Origin: an uncultured Nitrospinota bacterium
GTDB taxonomy: Bacteria > Tectomicrobia > Entotheonellia > J063 > CAVPRW01
Assembly (NCBI GenBank): GCA_963707985.1
Contig: CAVPRW010000031.1
Coordinates: 32,001 to 96,000, forward strand
DNA length: 64,000 nt
Reading direction: 5' to 3'
Under the pieces are notes generated by a model that was not told the origin of the DNA, searched no databases, and worked only from the letters and a program-made list of their open reading frames with translations. Within the stretch, counting starts at the first letter, position 1. Every line of letters begins with the position of its first letter. The translations under genes and the position numbers were made by a program. Positions 1 through 8,719 of this stretch are shown piece by piece.

Positions 1-710
1 AGATTGTAGTGGGCGCTGGCGTAAGAGGGGTTGAGCGCGATCGCCTGCTTGAAGGCGGCCACCGCCCGCTCGCGCTCTCGCATCCCGTCATGGGCAAGCC
101 CTAGGTTAAAGAAGGTCATCGGATCCTTGGGGTCGAGTGTCCTCGCCCGCATGAGGACCTCAACGGCCGAAGCGAACCGCCGTTGTTTCACATACAGATT
201 CCCAAGCCGCACGTAGGAGCCCTGATGGGTGGGGTCCAGTGCGAGCGCTCTGAGAAACAGCGCCTCTGCCTCGTCGAGGCGCCCGTCCTCGAGGCTCATC
301 ACTCCCAGGTTGTAGCAGGCCCTGGGGAAGCGAGGTTCTAGGCGGAGTGCTTCGAGAAACGCCTTGCGGCCTGCCTCCCGATCACCTGCCTGCAGTAACG
401 CCACGCCCAGATTGAGGCGTGCCGGCGCGAACTCGGGCCGTAACTCGACGGCCCGGCGCAGGTGCTGCTCGGCCTCGCTCAGCTTGCCGACCTGCAGATA
501 CAGCAGCCCGGTCCCATACTGGACGTTGAAATCGTCAGGCTTCAGCCCTGCCGCTCGATGGTACAGGTCGGCAGCGGCGTCAAGTCGCTCCTCCTGCTTG
601 GCCTGTTCGGCTAAGGCAATCAGCTGCTCAGCATTCTCCGCTGCACTGCAGGCGAGCAGGATCGAGACACACAGCAGCCAGAGCTTCTTTTGCCACCGTA
701 TCCCAGACAT
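1..710 (-). CDS. TPR-repeat lipoprotein (runs off window start)
   Basis: Manual translation from ATG 710: MSGIRWQKKLWLLCVSILLAC (lipobox-like), then repeated TPR units (ARLNLGVALL, ACYNLGVMSL, TFFNLGLAH, SAHYN). Not in the ORF track because it has no stop in the window. Confidence 0.85.
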   Translation of the reverse strand, partial: MSGIRWQKKLWLLCVSILLACSAAENAEQLIALAEQAKQEERLDAAADLYHRAAGLKPDDFNVQYGTGLLYLQVGKLSEAEQHLRRAVELRPEFAPARLNLGVALLQAGDREAGRKAFLEALRLEPRFPRACYNLGVMSLEDGRLDEAEALFLRALALDPTHQGSYVRLGNLYVKQRRFASAVEVLMRARTLDPKDPMTFFNLGLAHDGMRERERAVAAFKQAIALNPSYASAHYN

Positions 711-1153
711 GACTACTGGCGCTGTGCCGCCGCACGTGCTGTATTGGATAAGCCAGGCCAAGCGCAAAGTCCCCTGCTCCGCTTCACTGAAGGAAAAGAC
801 ACCACCGGATCCCGAGGGTCGCGAGGGCTGCCACGAGAGCAACGACTGAAGTCCTCATCGCCTCGTCGTCGCTATGATGCACCCGACACAGAATGCAAGA
901 TCCATCTCAGGGCGACCCGAGAGGATTCATCGCTTCAACCTATCGCAGGCATGCCGCCACCCATGGACGATTGCCGTTCATTGTATGGAGAGCCGATCGA
1001 ATGCTCGCGTCTAATCGATGTGGTGTGAGTATGACCCACATCTCTGGGAAACTGACAGGATCACGTCACGGCGAGAACCGGGCGTTGAAAGCCGTTGCCC
1101 CCTGGCTGATCATTCAGCCGTGCCACGTGCCGACTTACCCCGGGGGAGCCGCC

Positions 1154-1872
1154 ATGACTTCCCCCTCGGATGGGATTGTACAGCAAATGCAGCAGGACTT
1201 CCAAGCCCTGGTCACATACGAGACCATTACAAAGTGGGGGCTGCTACGGTCTGCAGAGGACTCGCCTACGGCCGTGATCCCTGCTACACTCGCCAGGCAT
1301 GCGTACAGCCACACCTTCTCCCGAAGTCTACCAACTCCACGTCTGGGTGCGCGAGATGAGTCCGATGATCTGGCGGCGGCTCCTGGTCCGCAGTGACAGC
1401 ACGATTGGCGACTTGCACGATACGCTCCAAATGGGCCGCGGAATGAGGGATTACCCCGTGGGTGACCGCGGTGGAGGCGAAGCGGCCCCAACTCATCTCT
1501 CGCGTGGAGAGTGCCCGCCTCCCCTCGACCTCCAACGCGGTGGAACGCTTCTTCCGGTCTTTCCGGCGCTTTTCCTGCACGCGTGGGGGCTTTCACTCGG
1601 TGCTCAGTGCCACACGCGAGTTGCTGCTCTTTCTCGTCGTCTATCGGTTCACACAGCACGCGACCACGGGCCAAGCCCCCATCGAAGTCATCGTGTCCGA
1701 GGCACGGTCCATGCCCCTATACCGTGTGATCAACGACCATTTCCGGGCGCTCCAGGAGCGGGCAGATGTCAAGCCAGAAGCCTCCATGGCAGATTTCCTC
1801 AGGCCCCAGGCGGCTGGAGCCTCGATGGAGTGCGGACATACCAGGCAACGCTTACCGGGAAGAGACGGGTAG
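1154..1872 (+). mobile_element. Mosaic of IS/plasmid gene remnants (transposase N-terminal stub, pRiA4b ORF-3-like fragment at 1299-1440, transposase C-terminal fragment at 1462-1872)
   Basis: VYQLHVWVREMSPMIWRRLLVRSDSTIGDLHDTLQ is typical of pRiA4b ORF-3 N-termini. LPSTSNAVERFFRSFRRF resembles the DDE C-terminal E motif. All pieces are truncated. Confidence 0.6.
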
Positions 1873-1942
1873 CGGACGAAAAAAGCACTTGACATCGGCC
1901 GCTCGTGATGCGATCTTGCGGCTCGATGTTTGAGGTGTTGCT

Positions 1943-2103
1943 GCTATATGGGTGTATTCTACGGGAAGAGGGTGCAATTCCCTCGCGGGCGCGCCACTGT
2001 GATCGGGGACGAAAGCCAACAGGACCAGCCACTGGCGGGCACACTGCTAGGAAGGCGTTGGCGAGTAGGATGATCCGTCAGTCAGGAGACCGGCCTATAT
2101 AGC
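1943..2103 (+). ncRNA. Cobalamin (B12) riboswitch
   Basis: P1 GCTATATGGG/CCTATATAGC and conserved blocks GGGAA..GGTGCAATTCC, GCCACTGT, GCCACTGG..GGAAGG and B12 box AGTCAGGAGACCGGCC. A bluB-like gene lies downstream. Confidence 0.92.
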
Positions 2104-2156
2104 CCTGGCGAACACTCCTTCGCGGGTCGAGGAGCGTGCTGCATGGCTATATCATG

Positions 2157-2193
2157 AAACCCTCACCAAGTCCTGCGGTGGGGGTTTTTTGTT
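2157..2193 (+). terminator. Intrinsic terminator, probable riboswitch expression platform
   Basis: AAACCCTCACC-loop-GGTGGGGGTTT followed by a T tract. Confidence 0.8.
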
Positions 2194-2269
2194 GCCTGCT
2201 CCACACGCAGCGAGGTGCTACAGGACATCGACCCACGGTTGACATGAAGCACCCTTCCTGGGCTAGACG

Positions 2270-2490
2270 ATGACGGAGCGCTTCGCAGACCTGATAGATC
2301 GGACATTCAGCGCAACGGAACGAGAAATCATCTACCGGTTCATCCGCAGCCGGCGGGATATTCGCCAGTTCGCCCCCGATCCAATTCCGCCGGAAACGCT
2401 CCTGCGCATCCTCAAGGCGGCACATCACGGGCCCTCGGTGGCTTCATGCAACCCTGGAATTTCCTGCTCATCACCTCTCCCGCACTTGCA
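2270..2490 (+). pseudogene. bluB: Truncated 5,6-dimethylbenzimidazole synthase (nitroreductase fold), N-terminal third only
   Basis: IYRFIRSRRDIRQF..DPIPPETLLRILKAAHHGPSV, then (frameshift ~2440) FMQPWNFLLIT, matches the BluB N-terminus. The next gene starts at 2508, so the rest is missing. Confidence 0.75.
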
Positions 2491-2507
2491 CATCATGGAG
2501 GGCTGTA

Positions 2508-3383
2508 ATGATCGCTGACAGACGATGGAGATGCAAGCGTCATGAACGTACGTTGCTGCAGCTGCTGCGTGGGATCTGGCTGGTGGGTGTGAGCATTGCC
2601 CTGCAGGTGGACATGGGTGAAGCGAAAAGGCCCTTTCTCACCGAGGATACCGACACTGTTCCCGTGGGGAGCTTTGAACTGGAGGTGGCTTCCACCCTGG
2701 CGTTTGATGGATCAAACCGCCAGCTCCTGTTTCCCGTGTGGGGGCTAAAGGCCGGTGTGGCGGACCGTGTGGACGTGGGTCTGGAGGGGGGGTATCAGTT
2801 CGTCAGGATCGAGGGGGTCCATGAAGCCGGCTTCACGGATACATTGCTTAAAGCGAAAGTGCGGTTCTACGACGGCTCGGAGACTCTCCCCTCGATCGGC
2901 ACTTCCGTCGGCCTGGTCTTGCCGACGGCTGACCGCGCCATCAACCCCAGTGGAGACCTCGGATTGGTGGCGCTCGCCCTGATCCAAGGTGATTTACAGC
3001 GGTTCACCTATTTTGTGAATCTGGGAGTGGCCCCTATCGGGAACCCACTGGAGCAGCTCAACCAGTTAGATGAAAACCTGGTATGGGGGGTCGGCTTTGA
3101 GATCCCTGTGCGGCAGAACATCTCGCTCGCTCTTGACTTTCCTGGGGCAACCCTGGAGGACAATGGTGTCGCCCAGAGCAGTCGTTTCGGGGGGATTTGG
3201 CAAAGCCCGTGGCAGATCGATTTCGACTTCGCGGTTTTCGTCGGGATGACCCGCAGCGCCGATAATTTCGGTTTCACGATGGGGCTGACCTATCAGTTCC
3301 CGGTGTTCGGCGGTGGCAAACCACAGCAAGCGTCGCGTCGGGCCTCCAACAAGAGCCTGAGCGCCCTACATGCGAGACCATGA
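2508..3383 (+). CDS. Putative outer-membrane beta-barrel / transporter (MetA-pathway-phenol-degradation-like)
   Basis: Signal-like N-terminus, RPFLTEDTDTV start, alternating hydrophobic strands, near-terminal GLTYQF. Confidence 0.55.
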   Translation: MIADRRWRCKRHERTLLQLLRGIWLVGVSIALQVDMGEAKRPFLTEDTDTVPVGSFELEVASTLAFDGSNRQLLFPVWGLKAGVADRVDVGLEGGYQFVRIEGVHEAGFTDTLLKAKVRFYDGSETLPSIGTSVGLVLPTADRAINPSGDLGLVALALIQGDLQRFTYFVNLGVAPIGNPLEQLNQLDENLVWGVGFEIPVRQNISLALDFPGATLEDNGVAQSSRFGGIWQSPWQIDFDFAVFVGMTRSADNFGFTMGLTYQFPVFGGGKPQQASRRASNKSLSALHARP

Positions 3384-3534
3384 AACCATCAAAAAGCTGG
3401 GGGGCAGGCCGCGAGAGGCTCCTGTGGGTCCCGAAAACTCGTCGCCACGAGCATCCGGCAGCGGCACGTCGGCACGATTGCGAGCCGGCCGCTCCATGCG
3501 TGCGAGCCGCGAGTGCGACACGAGGTCGCATAGG

Positions 3535-3737
3535 TGGTTCGAAGCGAACAAAGGTATCAAAAGTTTCACAGGACTTCTCTATTATCAATCGTATCAATAA
3601 GTTGTGAGATTGTAACTCTTGGGTTTCGTCGCGTTTCCATCGCAATTTTGGGAAGCCCATCTTCTCCACAACTCATTGTAAAATATGATATTTGAAAAAG
3701 CCGTGAAACTTTTGGTACCTTTGTTCGCTTCAACCCA
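3535..3737. repeat. ~200-bp imperfect palindrome with 29-bp terminal inverted repeats (MITE-like or fused element ends)
   Basis: 3541-3569 GAAGCGAACAAAGGTATCAAAAGTTTCAC vs reverse complement of 3703-3731, 28/29 identical. Inner arms are also partly complementary. Confidence 0.8.
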
Positions 3738-3839
3738 GCGTTCTAGGGCTTGCTCCAATAGGGGGATGGCTTGATCATAGTGCGCTTGATTGGCATAGAG
3801 TACGGCTAGGTCATTGAGGCTGGTGGCGACGTGTGGCAC
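3738..3839 (-). pseudogene. Single TPR repeat remnant
   Basis: PHVATSLNDLAVLYANQAHYDQAIPLLEQALE, a kinesin-light-chain-type TPR. Cut by the DGR on one side and the palindrome on the other. Confidence 0.7.
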
Positions 3840-3989
3840 ATTCTTACGTTACAAGGCCTCGCGGCAAGCTTTCGGGGAGGACTCCGCCATGCCTACTCAC
3901 ATACCGCGGGCCACTGGGTTTTTGCCCTGAGGCAGGCCTCGGGGACAGGATAGCCGTCTGGTCAAACAAGGCCATCCAGCCCTGTTGAG

Positions 3990-4114
3990 CTCGGGCCAGG
4001 CGGAAGCCAAGGTTGTCGTTGCGGTTGCCTGGGTCGTTCGCGTTGCGCTGGGCAGAACGCAAGTTCCTGCCGTCGTTGATCCAGCTGCCGCCACGCAGCA
4101 CACGCTTCTCGCCG
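3990..4114 (-). repeat. DGR template repeat (TR)
   Basis: 125 bp, 112/125 identical to 5786-5910. All 13 differences are at TR adenines (coding strand). Contains 7 AAC codons and lies about 40 nt downstream of the RT stop. Confidence 0.97.
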
Positions 4115-4156
4115 TTTGCTGACGGCTATCCGCCACGAGTGTAACCGAGTTGGCGC

Positions 4157-5164
4157 TTAGATATCAAGTGCGGGGTAGCGCTGAAGATTTTGCCGCCGCC
4201 AATTGTGGCTATCACCCGGCAAGGTAATCGCATGCACAGCGTCATACGCTCTCTGTAACGTCAAGGCATCAATGCGGCCCTGAGCATAAGCGCGTTCCCA
4301 CTCTTGGCGCAGCTGCTGATAGCGCCGGCGGCGCCGACGTGAGAGCTTGAGCTGACCGGGTGTTATACGGGAGCCACAAAAGCTGACGCCCTGATCACTG
4401 CGATTCATCTGCATCGTGGCTTTGACGGTCAGCAGACGCTCGCGGCTGGCGTAGTCACAGACGTGGGCTAACGTTTGACGCGCCTGGGCTCGACTGTGAC
4501 ACCACCAGATGACATCATCCATGTAGCGGACGTGGGCACAGCAGTGTAGCTGTTCGAGAATATACCGGTCGAGCCCATCGAGGTAATAATTGGCAAAGTA
4601 CTGCGACGTGAGTGCGCCAATCGGCAGTCCTTTGCCAGGCGTGACGTGAAAACAGCCGATGAGACGCCTGAGTAAGGCCAGAAAATCCTGGCCTTTGAAA
4701 CGACGTTGCAGCAGCGCATACAAGCGTTCGTGATCGATCGTATCGAAATAGTGCTGGATATCGATTTTGACGTACCATGGAAAGCGGCGCAGATAGCGCT
4801 GCACGTGCAAGACGGCAGCGTGATTGCCCATCCGCTTGCGGCAAGCAAAGGTGGTCGGGGTTAACGCCCGCTCCAATACCGGGCCAGCATAATGCATCAC
4901 GGCATGGTGAAAGATGCGGTCCTCAAAACACGCGGCATGGATGATACGAGGTTTCGGATCGCGGATGGCAAATTGACGAAATCGACCATACGGCATGCGA
5001 GACTCGCGAATGTCCTGTGCGAGCTGGTTGAGGTGGGTATCAAAACGCTGGAAAAAGCGTTGAATATCCGTGCGGTCGCGCTTGGCTCTGGCGGCTTGCT
5101 GAGCGGCTCGCGCCAGATTGTCAAAAGCGGCGATATCTTCCAGGGTTATCGACACACGCTTCAT
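4157..5164 (-). CDS. DGR reverse transcriptase (335 aa)
   Basis: DPKPRIIHAACFEDRIFHHAV, KIDIQHYFDTIDH, GLPIGALTSQYFAN (DGR-type SQ motif), catalytic YMDD. No maturase/endonuclease extension. Confidence 0.96.
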   Translation of the reverse strand: MKRVSITLEDIAAFDNLARAAQQAARAKRDRTDIQRFFQRFDTHLNQLAQDIRESRMPYGRFRQFAIRDPKPRIIHAACFEDRIFHHAVMHYAGPVLERALTPTTFACRKRMGNHAAVLHVQRYLRRFPWYVKIDIQHYFDTIDHERLYALLQRRFKGQDFLALLRRLIGCFHVTPGKGLPIGALTSQYFANYYLDGLDRYILEQLHCCAHVRYMDDVIWWCHSRAQARQTLAHVCDYASRERLLTVKATMQMNRSDQGVSFCGSRITPGQLKLSRRRRRRYQQLRQEWERAYAQGRIDALTLQRAYDAVHAITLPGDSHNWRRQNLQRYPALDI

Positions 5165-5655
5165 GACGTTGAAGCCTCATTGGTGCCATTGCTGCCCGTT
5201 CCTGGGGCATGAACCGCCGCGCTGAGTAACAAGTTGAGAAATGCCTCACCATATTTCTCAAGGCGCGCTGGCCCCACGCCATCAAGAGCGGCGAGTTCGG
5301 CTTGTGTCGTGACGCGCTGTTGTGCCATCTGTGCCAATTGCTCGTTGGTAAATAAAGCATAGGCGGGAACGCCCTCCTGCTCGGCCAGCTTTTTGCGCAA
5401 GTCTCGCAGCTTGGCGAACAGGGCAAAATCGGCCTCATTGAGCACCTCCCGGAAATCGACGCGGCCCTTTCGAGGCGAGAGTGGACCCGCGTGCTTCTCG
5501 ACATAACACACGCAGAGGGCCCAGTAGCTGCGCTCACCGTCCTGGACAAACTGCTTCTCGATGCTGATCACACGATGCTCCGCGCAAAACCGATTTATGT
5601 CTTCCTGCATGTCGTCCGGCATCATGGCCGGAATACTGAAAAACCGATAGCGCAT
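5161..5655 (-). CDS. HRDC-domain DGR accessory protein (164 aa)
   Basis: ATG 5655 with GGAGG RBS. LFAKLRDLRKKLAEQEGVPAYALFTNEQLAQMA...LDGVGPARLEKYGEAFL is an HRDC signature. Stop overlaps the RT start (ATGA). Confidence 0.9.
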   Translation of the reverse strand: MRYRFFSIPAMMPDDMQEDINRFCAEHRVISIEKQFVQDGERSYWALCVCYVEKHAGPLSPRKGRVDFREVLNEADFALFAKLRDLRKKLAEQEGVPAYALFTNEQLAQMAQQRVTTQAELAALDGVGPARLEKYGEAFLNLLLSAAVHAPGTGSNGTNEASTS

Positions 5656-5738
5656 GTCATCGACCTCCCACGAAACCGAGCACGCCATGCCTGACCGACT
5701 CCGCTCCGCTCTGTCTGTCCGGCATCGCTCGCTCTCCT

Positions 5739-8623
5739 CTATTTCCTCACCTCCGGCTCGGATTCGGACTGGCTGCCTGTTTGACCTCGGGCCAGGCGGA
5801 AGCCAAGGTCGACGTTGCGGTAGCCTGGGTCGATCGCGCTGCGCCGGGCAGAACGCAAGTACCCGCCGTCGAAGATCCAGCCGCCGCCACGCAGCACACG
5901 CCCCTCGCCGCCATTGGAGGACGCGCATTGGCGCTCGCTGCCATCGTATGACTGGCTATACTTCGAGCAGGTCCACTCCCACACATTGCCCGCCGTGTCG
6001 TGCAAACCGAACTTGTTCGCCTTGAACGAGCCCACCGGCGCCGTTTGTTTGTTATCCCACTGGCTGCCGCATCCAGCGCAATTGGCATTGTTCCTGCCCA
6101 GCTCATCTCCCCACCAATACCGGGTCGTGGTCTGTGCACGAGCCGCGTATTCCCATTCCGCCTCCGTCGGCAAGCGATAGTGTCGCCCGGTCACCTTCGA
6201 CAGCCACTCCGCGTAGGCAACGGCATCTTCCCAGGAGACATTGATCACCGGCCGCCTGCCCCGGCCCCAACCCTGATCGCCTGGCTTCCCGCGCCCTGTG
6301 ACATTTGCAAACTGGTCGTATTCGTCGAAAGTGACCTCATACTTGCCGATCCAGAATGATTCTATCGTGACTTCGCGCGGGGGCATCTCGTCCGGTCCGG
6401 CATCAGGATCGTCCTTCCTCGAGCCCATCAAGAACGTCCCTGCCGGGACCTCAGTCATCTCAGGTTCGACGACGGAGTGAAGCCCGAGTTCAAACGCTAG
6501 TACATCGAGCGCTTCCCCCGGCGTCAAATTCTTGCTATTTGACCACAAAAAGAACGCGCCTACCAACGTGACGACCGCCAGGCCCGCCGCGAGCGATGCG
6601 GACCGCAACGCACTTCGTCTCCGACTGCGGCGCAAAAATTTCTGCTCGGACTCGCCCAGCGTCGGCTGCAGCCGCTTCCGCATCGCCTGGGCCTGGCGCC
6701 AACGGGCACGCGGCCAGAGAAAAGTGCCCGAGCGGTTGTGCTGTACCCATTCGGCCGTGGCCTGCCCCAATTGTTTGAGCAGTTTGAGGTCGTCGGCAGT
6801 CTTGTCGATCCAATCCACCAGACGCGGCCAGTGTCTGAGCAGGGCTTCGTGGGCGACTTCAACCACCGGTGCACCGTCATTTTCCCGATCCTGGATCAGC
6901 AATCGGGCGTCGGTAAACGCCGTCACCAACCGTGCCGCCGCCGGGGTCGGGGTGATGTCGCTCAGCGGCGCCCGGCGCCGCACCGCCACCCAATGGTCCT
7001 TGGCTTCCTCCAACTCCAGCAAGCCCCGGAACACACGATCCAGGGTCGTCCGGGCCTCGGCATCCAGGCGGGTGAACGTGCTCTCGGCGCGTTGGCTGAT
7101 CGCGCCCTTGACCCCGCCAAACCCCTGGTAGGCCGCGTGGGTAAGCTCGGAGTCGGCGCGGCCCGCTTCGTAGAGCTCCGACAGGGCAAAAGCCATCAGC
7201 GGCAGCGCGCCGGGCTCGTTGCCGGTTTCGTCCACGATCCGCTGCGCCAACCCTGCCTCGAAGGTGAGGCCGGCCCGCGCCGCTGGCCGGTCGATCATCT
7301 CGAAAAGCGCCCCGACACCCGGAGCAGACAGGGGGTAGGTGCCTGCGCGCAACAGCTCGGCCAGCACCGGCTGCTCCACGCAATAGTGGTAGAAGTCGGC
7401 CCGCAGCGTGGCCACGAGGCGCAGCCGCGGCGTTTTGACGGCCTGTTCGAGCAGGTCGATGAAGGGGCCACGGTACGTGGCGTCAACCACCGTGAACAGC
7501 TCCTCGAACTGATCAACGAAGAGCAGCATCTCGACCCAGTCCGGCCGGCCGTCGAGGGCCAGACCGATCAGCTCGGCGATCGCCTCCGGGTGGTCTTGCA
7601 GCGTCATGGCCTCGTCGCGGACGGTGCGTCCCTGCTCTTCCAGCAGCGCTTTGAAGCCCGAGCACAGGGCCATCAACGGGTTGTCCCCGAGCTCGCCCGG
7701 CGTGAAACGCACCTGACCCAGTCGCGGCTGCCGGGGATCGCGTTGTCCGCGAGCCGCGGCAGCAGACCGGCGGCGACCAGCGACGACTTGCCCGAACCCG
7801 AGGCCCCTACGACGACGGTGAAACGCTCGCCCTTGGCCAGCCTGGCGACCAAGCCGTCGGTCTCGCGACCGCGTCCGAAAAAGATGGGGGCATCTTTCGC
7901 GCCGAACGCCCGCAACCCGGGGAACGGCGAGCCGTCCCACAGCGGCGGCTCGGGAGCAGTGGACGCTGGGGCTTCAGCGGCCGGCAGCGCTTTGGCTTCG
8001 TGCTCTTGGAGCAATCGCGCAATCCGATCCTGGAGATGCAGAGCCAGGTCTTTTTCGAACGTGTCCGGGGTATCGTAGGAGTTGTAGCCGCCACTGATCG
8101 AGCCGTCCGGATTGCGGAAAGCGGCGAAGAAGCTCTCCACCAGCTTCCATTGCCGAAGCTTCTCGTCTGTTTCCGGGTCCGACAGGCCGATAGTGGGCTC
8201 TTCGGTACGGCGGTAGACCAGCACGTACGGACGGCCGTCCTGTTTGGCCGCTCGCAGCGCATCCCAATACTCCCACTCGGTGCCCGAGCGATAACGGCTG
8301 CCGTCGGGTTTAACGTACTCGGCAGGCAGCGGGGTCCCCATCCGGGACCAGAAGATCACGATAACGACGTCGCACGCGGATGGCTTGGGCAAACCGTCCG
8401 CAATGGCTTGCTGGGGTGTCTTGCTCGCCAGCATCGGCGTTCCGGCGCCGGGTTTGTCCCAGGCGACGGTTTCCACCGTGATCTTGCCGCGCAGCAGCGG
8501 GTTGTATTGGAGGTCTTCCAGGGTTTTGAGGGCCCGCGCGCGCTCGTCGACCACGTCGCCGGGGGAAGCGAGAAATACTTTGACCGTTAGTGGTGGTCGG
8601 TTTCCGGATGATGCCGAGGACAT
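5739..8623 (-). CDS. DGR target: DUF4062/TIR-like domain + STAND (nSTAND1-like) NTPase + TM helix + FGE-sulfatase (CLec-fold) domain; about 961 aa if a 1-nt frameshift near 7715 is repaired
   Basis: ATG 8623 with GAGGTG RBS. Motifs in order: VFLASPGDVVDER..SGTEWEY; PFPGLRAF..FFGR; Walker A GASGSGKS; Walker B LLFVDQFEE; HEALLRHWPRL; TM SASLAAGLAVVTLVGAFFLW; RLPTEAEWEYAAR; GLHDTAGNVWEW; RVLRGG..GFRLAR. Joins ORFs 7673..8929 and 5739..7940. Confidence 0.88.
5786..5910 (-). repeat. DGR variable repeat (VR) at the 3' end of the target gene
   Basis: Encodes GEGRVLRGGGWIFDGGYLRSARRSAIDPGYRNVDLGFRLAR versus TR GEKRVLRGGSWINDGRNLRSAQRNANDPGNRNDNLGFRLAR. Confidence 0.97.
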
Positions 8624-8719
8624 ATGGGCACCTCGCAAGGAGTGAAGTGACATCTTCTCACATTCCACCCAATTTAGTGGTAAACAGATGGTCTCACAGC
8701 CTGAGGGCGACTGACCCCC

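Larger units (their letters stand above)
3855..8623 (-). mobile_element. Diversity-generating retroelement (target - HRDC - RT - TR)
   Basis: DGR-type RT, TR/VR pair with adenine-only mismatches, HRDC accessory gene, FGE-type CLec target. Confidence 0.97.

Noticed and set aside
3855..3912. Hammerhead ribozyme suggested by UGAG...CGAAA
   Set aside because: The CUGANGA core and three-stem junction are absent
3844..4101. 85-aa ORF resembling an FGE-domain C-terminus
   Set aside because: It is the translation of the TR; no RBS or N-terminal domain, so it is treated as non-coding template
4157..5164. Group II intron, retron or CRISPR-associated RT
   Set aside because: Short RT with SQ motif, no maturase/endonuclease, no retron VTG motif, and a TR/VR pair is adjacent
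6738..8078. Long antisense ORFs (this 446-aa one and many similar)
   Set aside because: Shadow ORFs of GC-rich genes on the opposite strand, with no recognisable motifs
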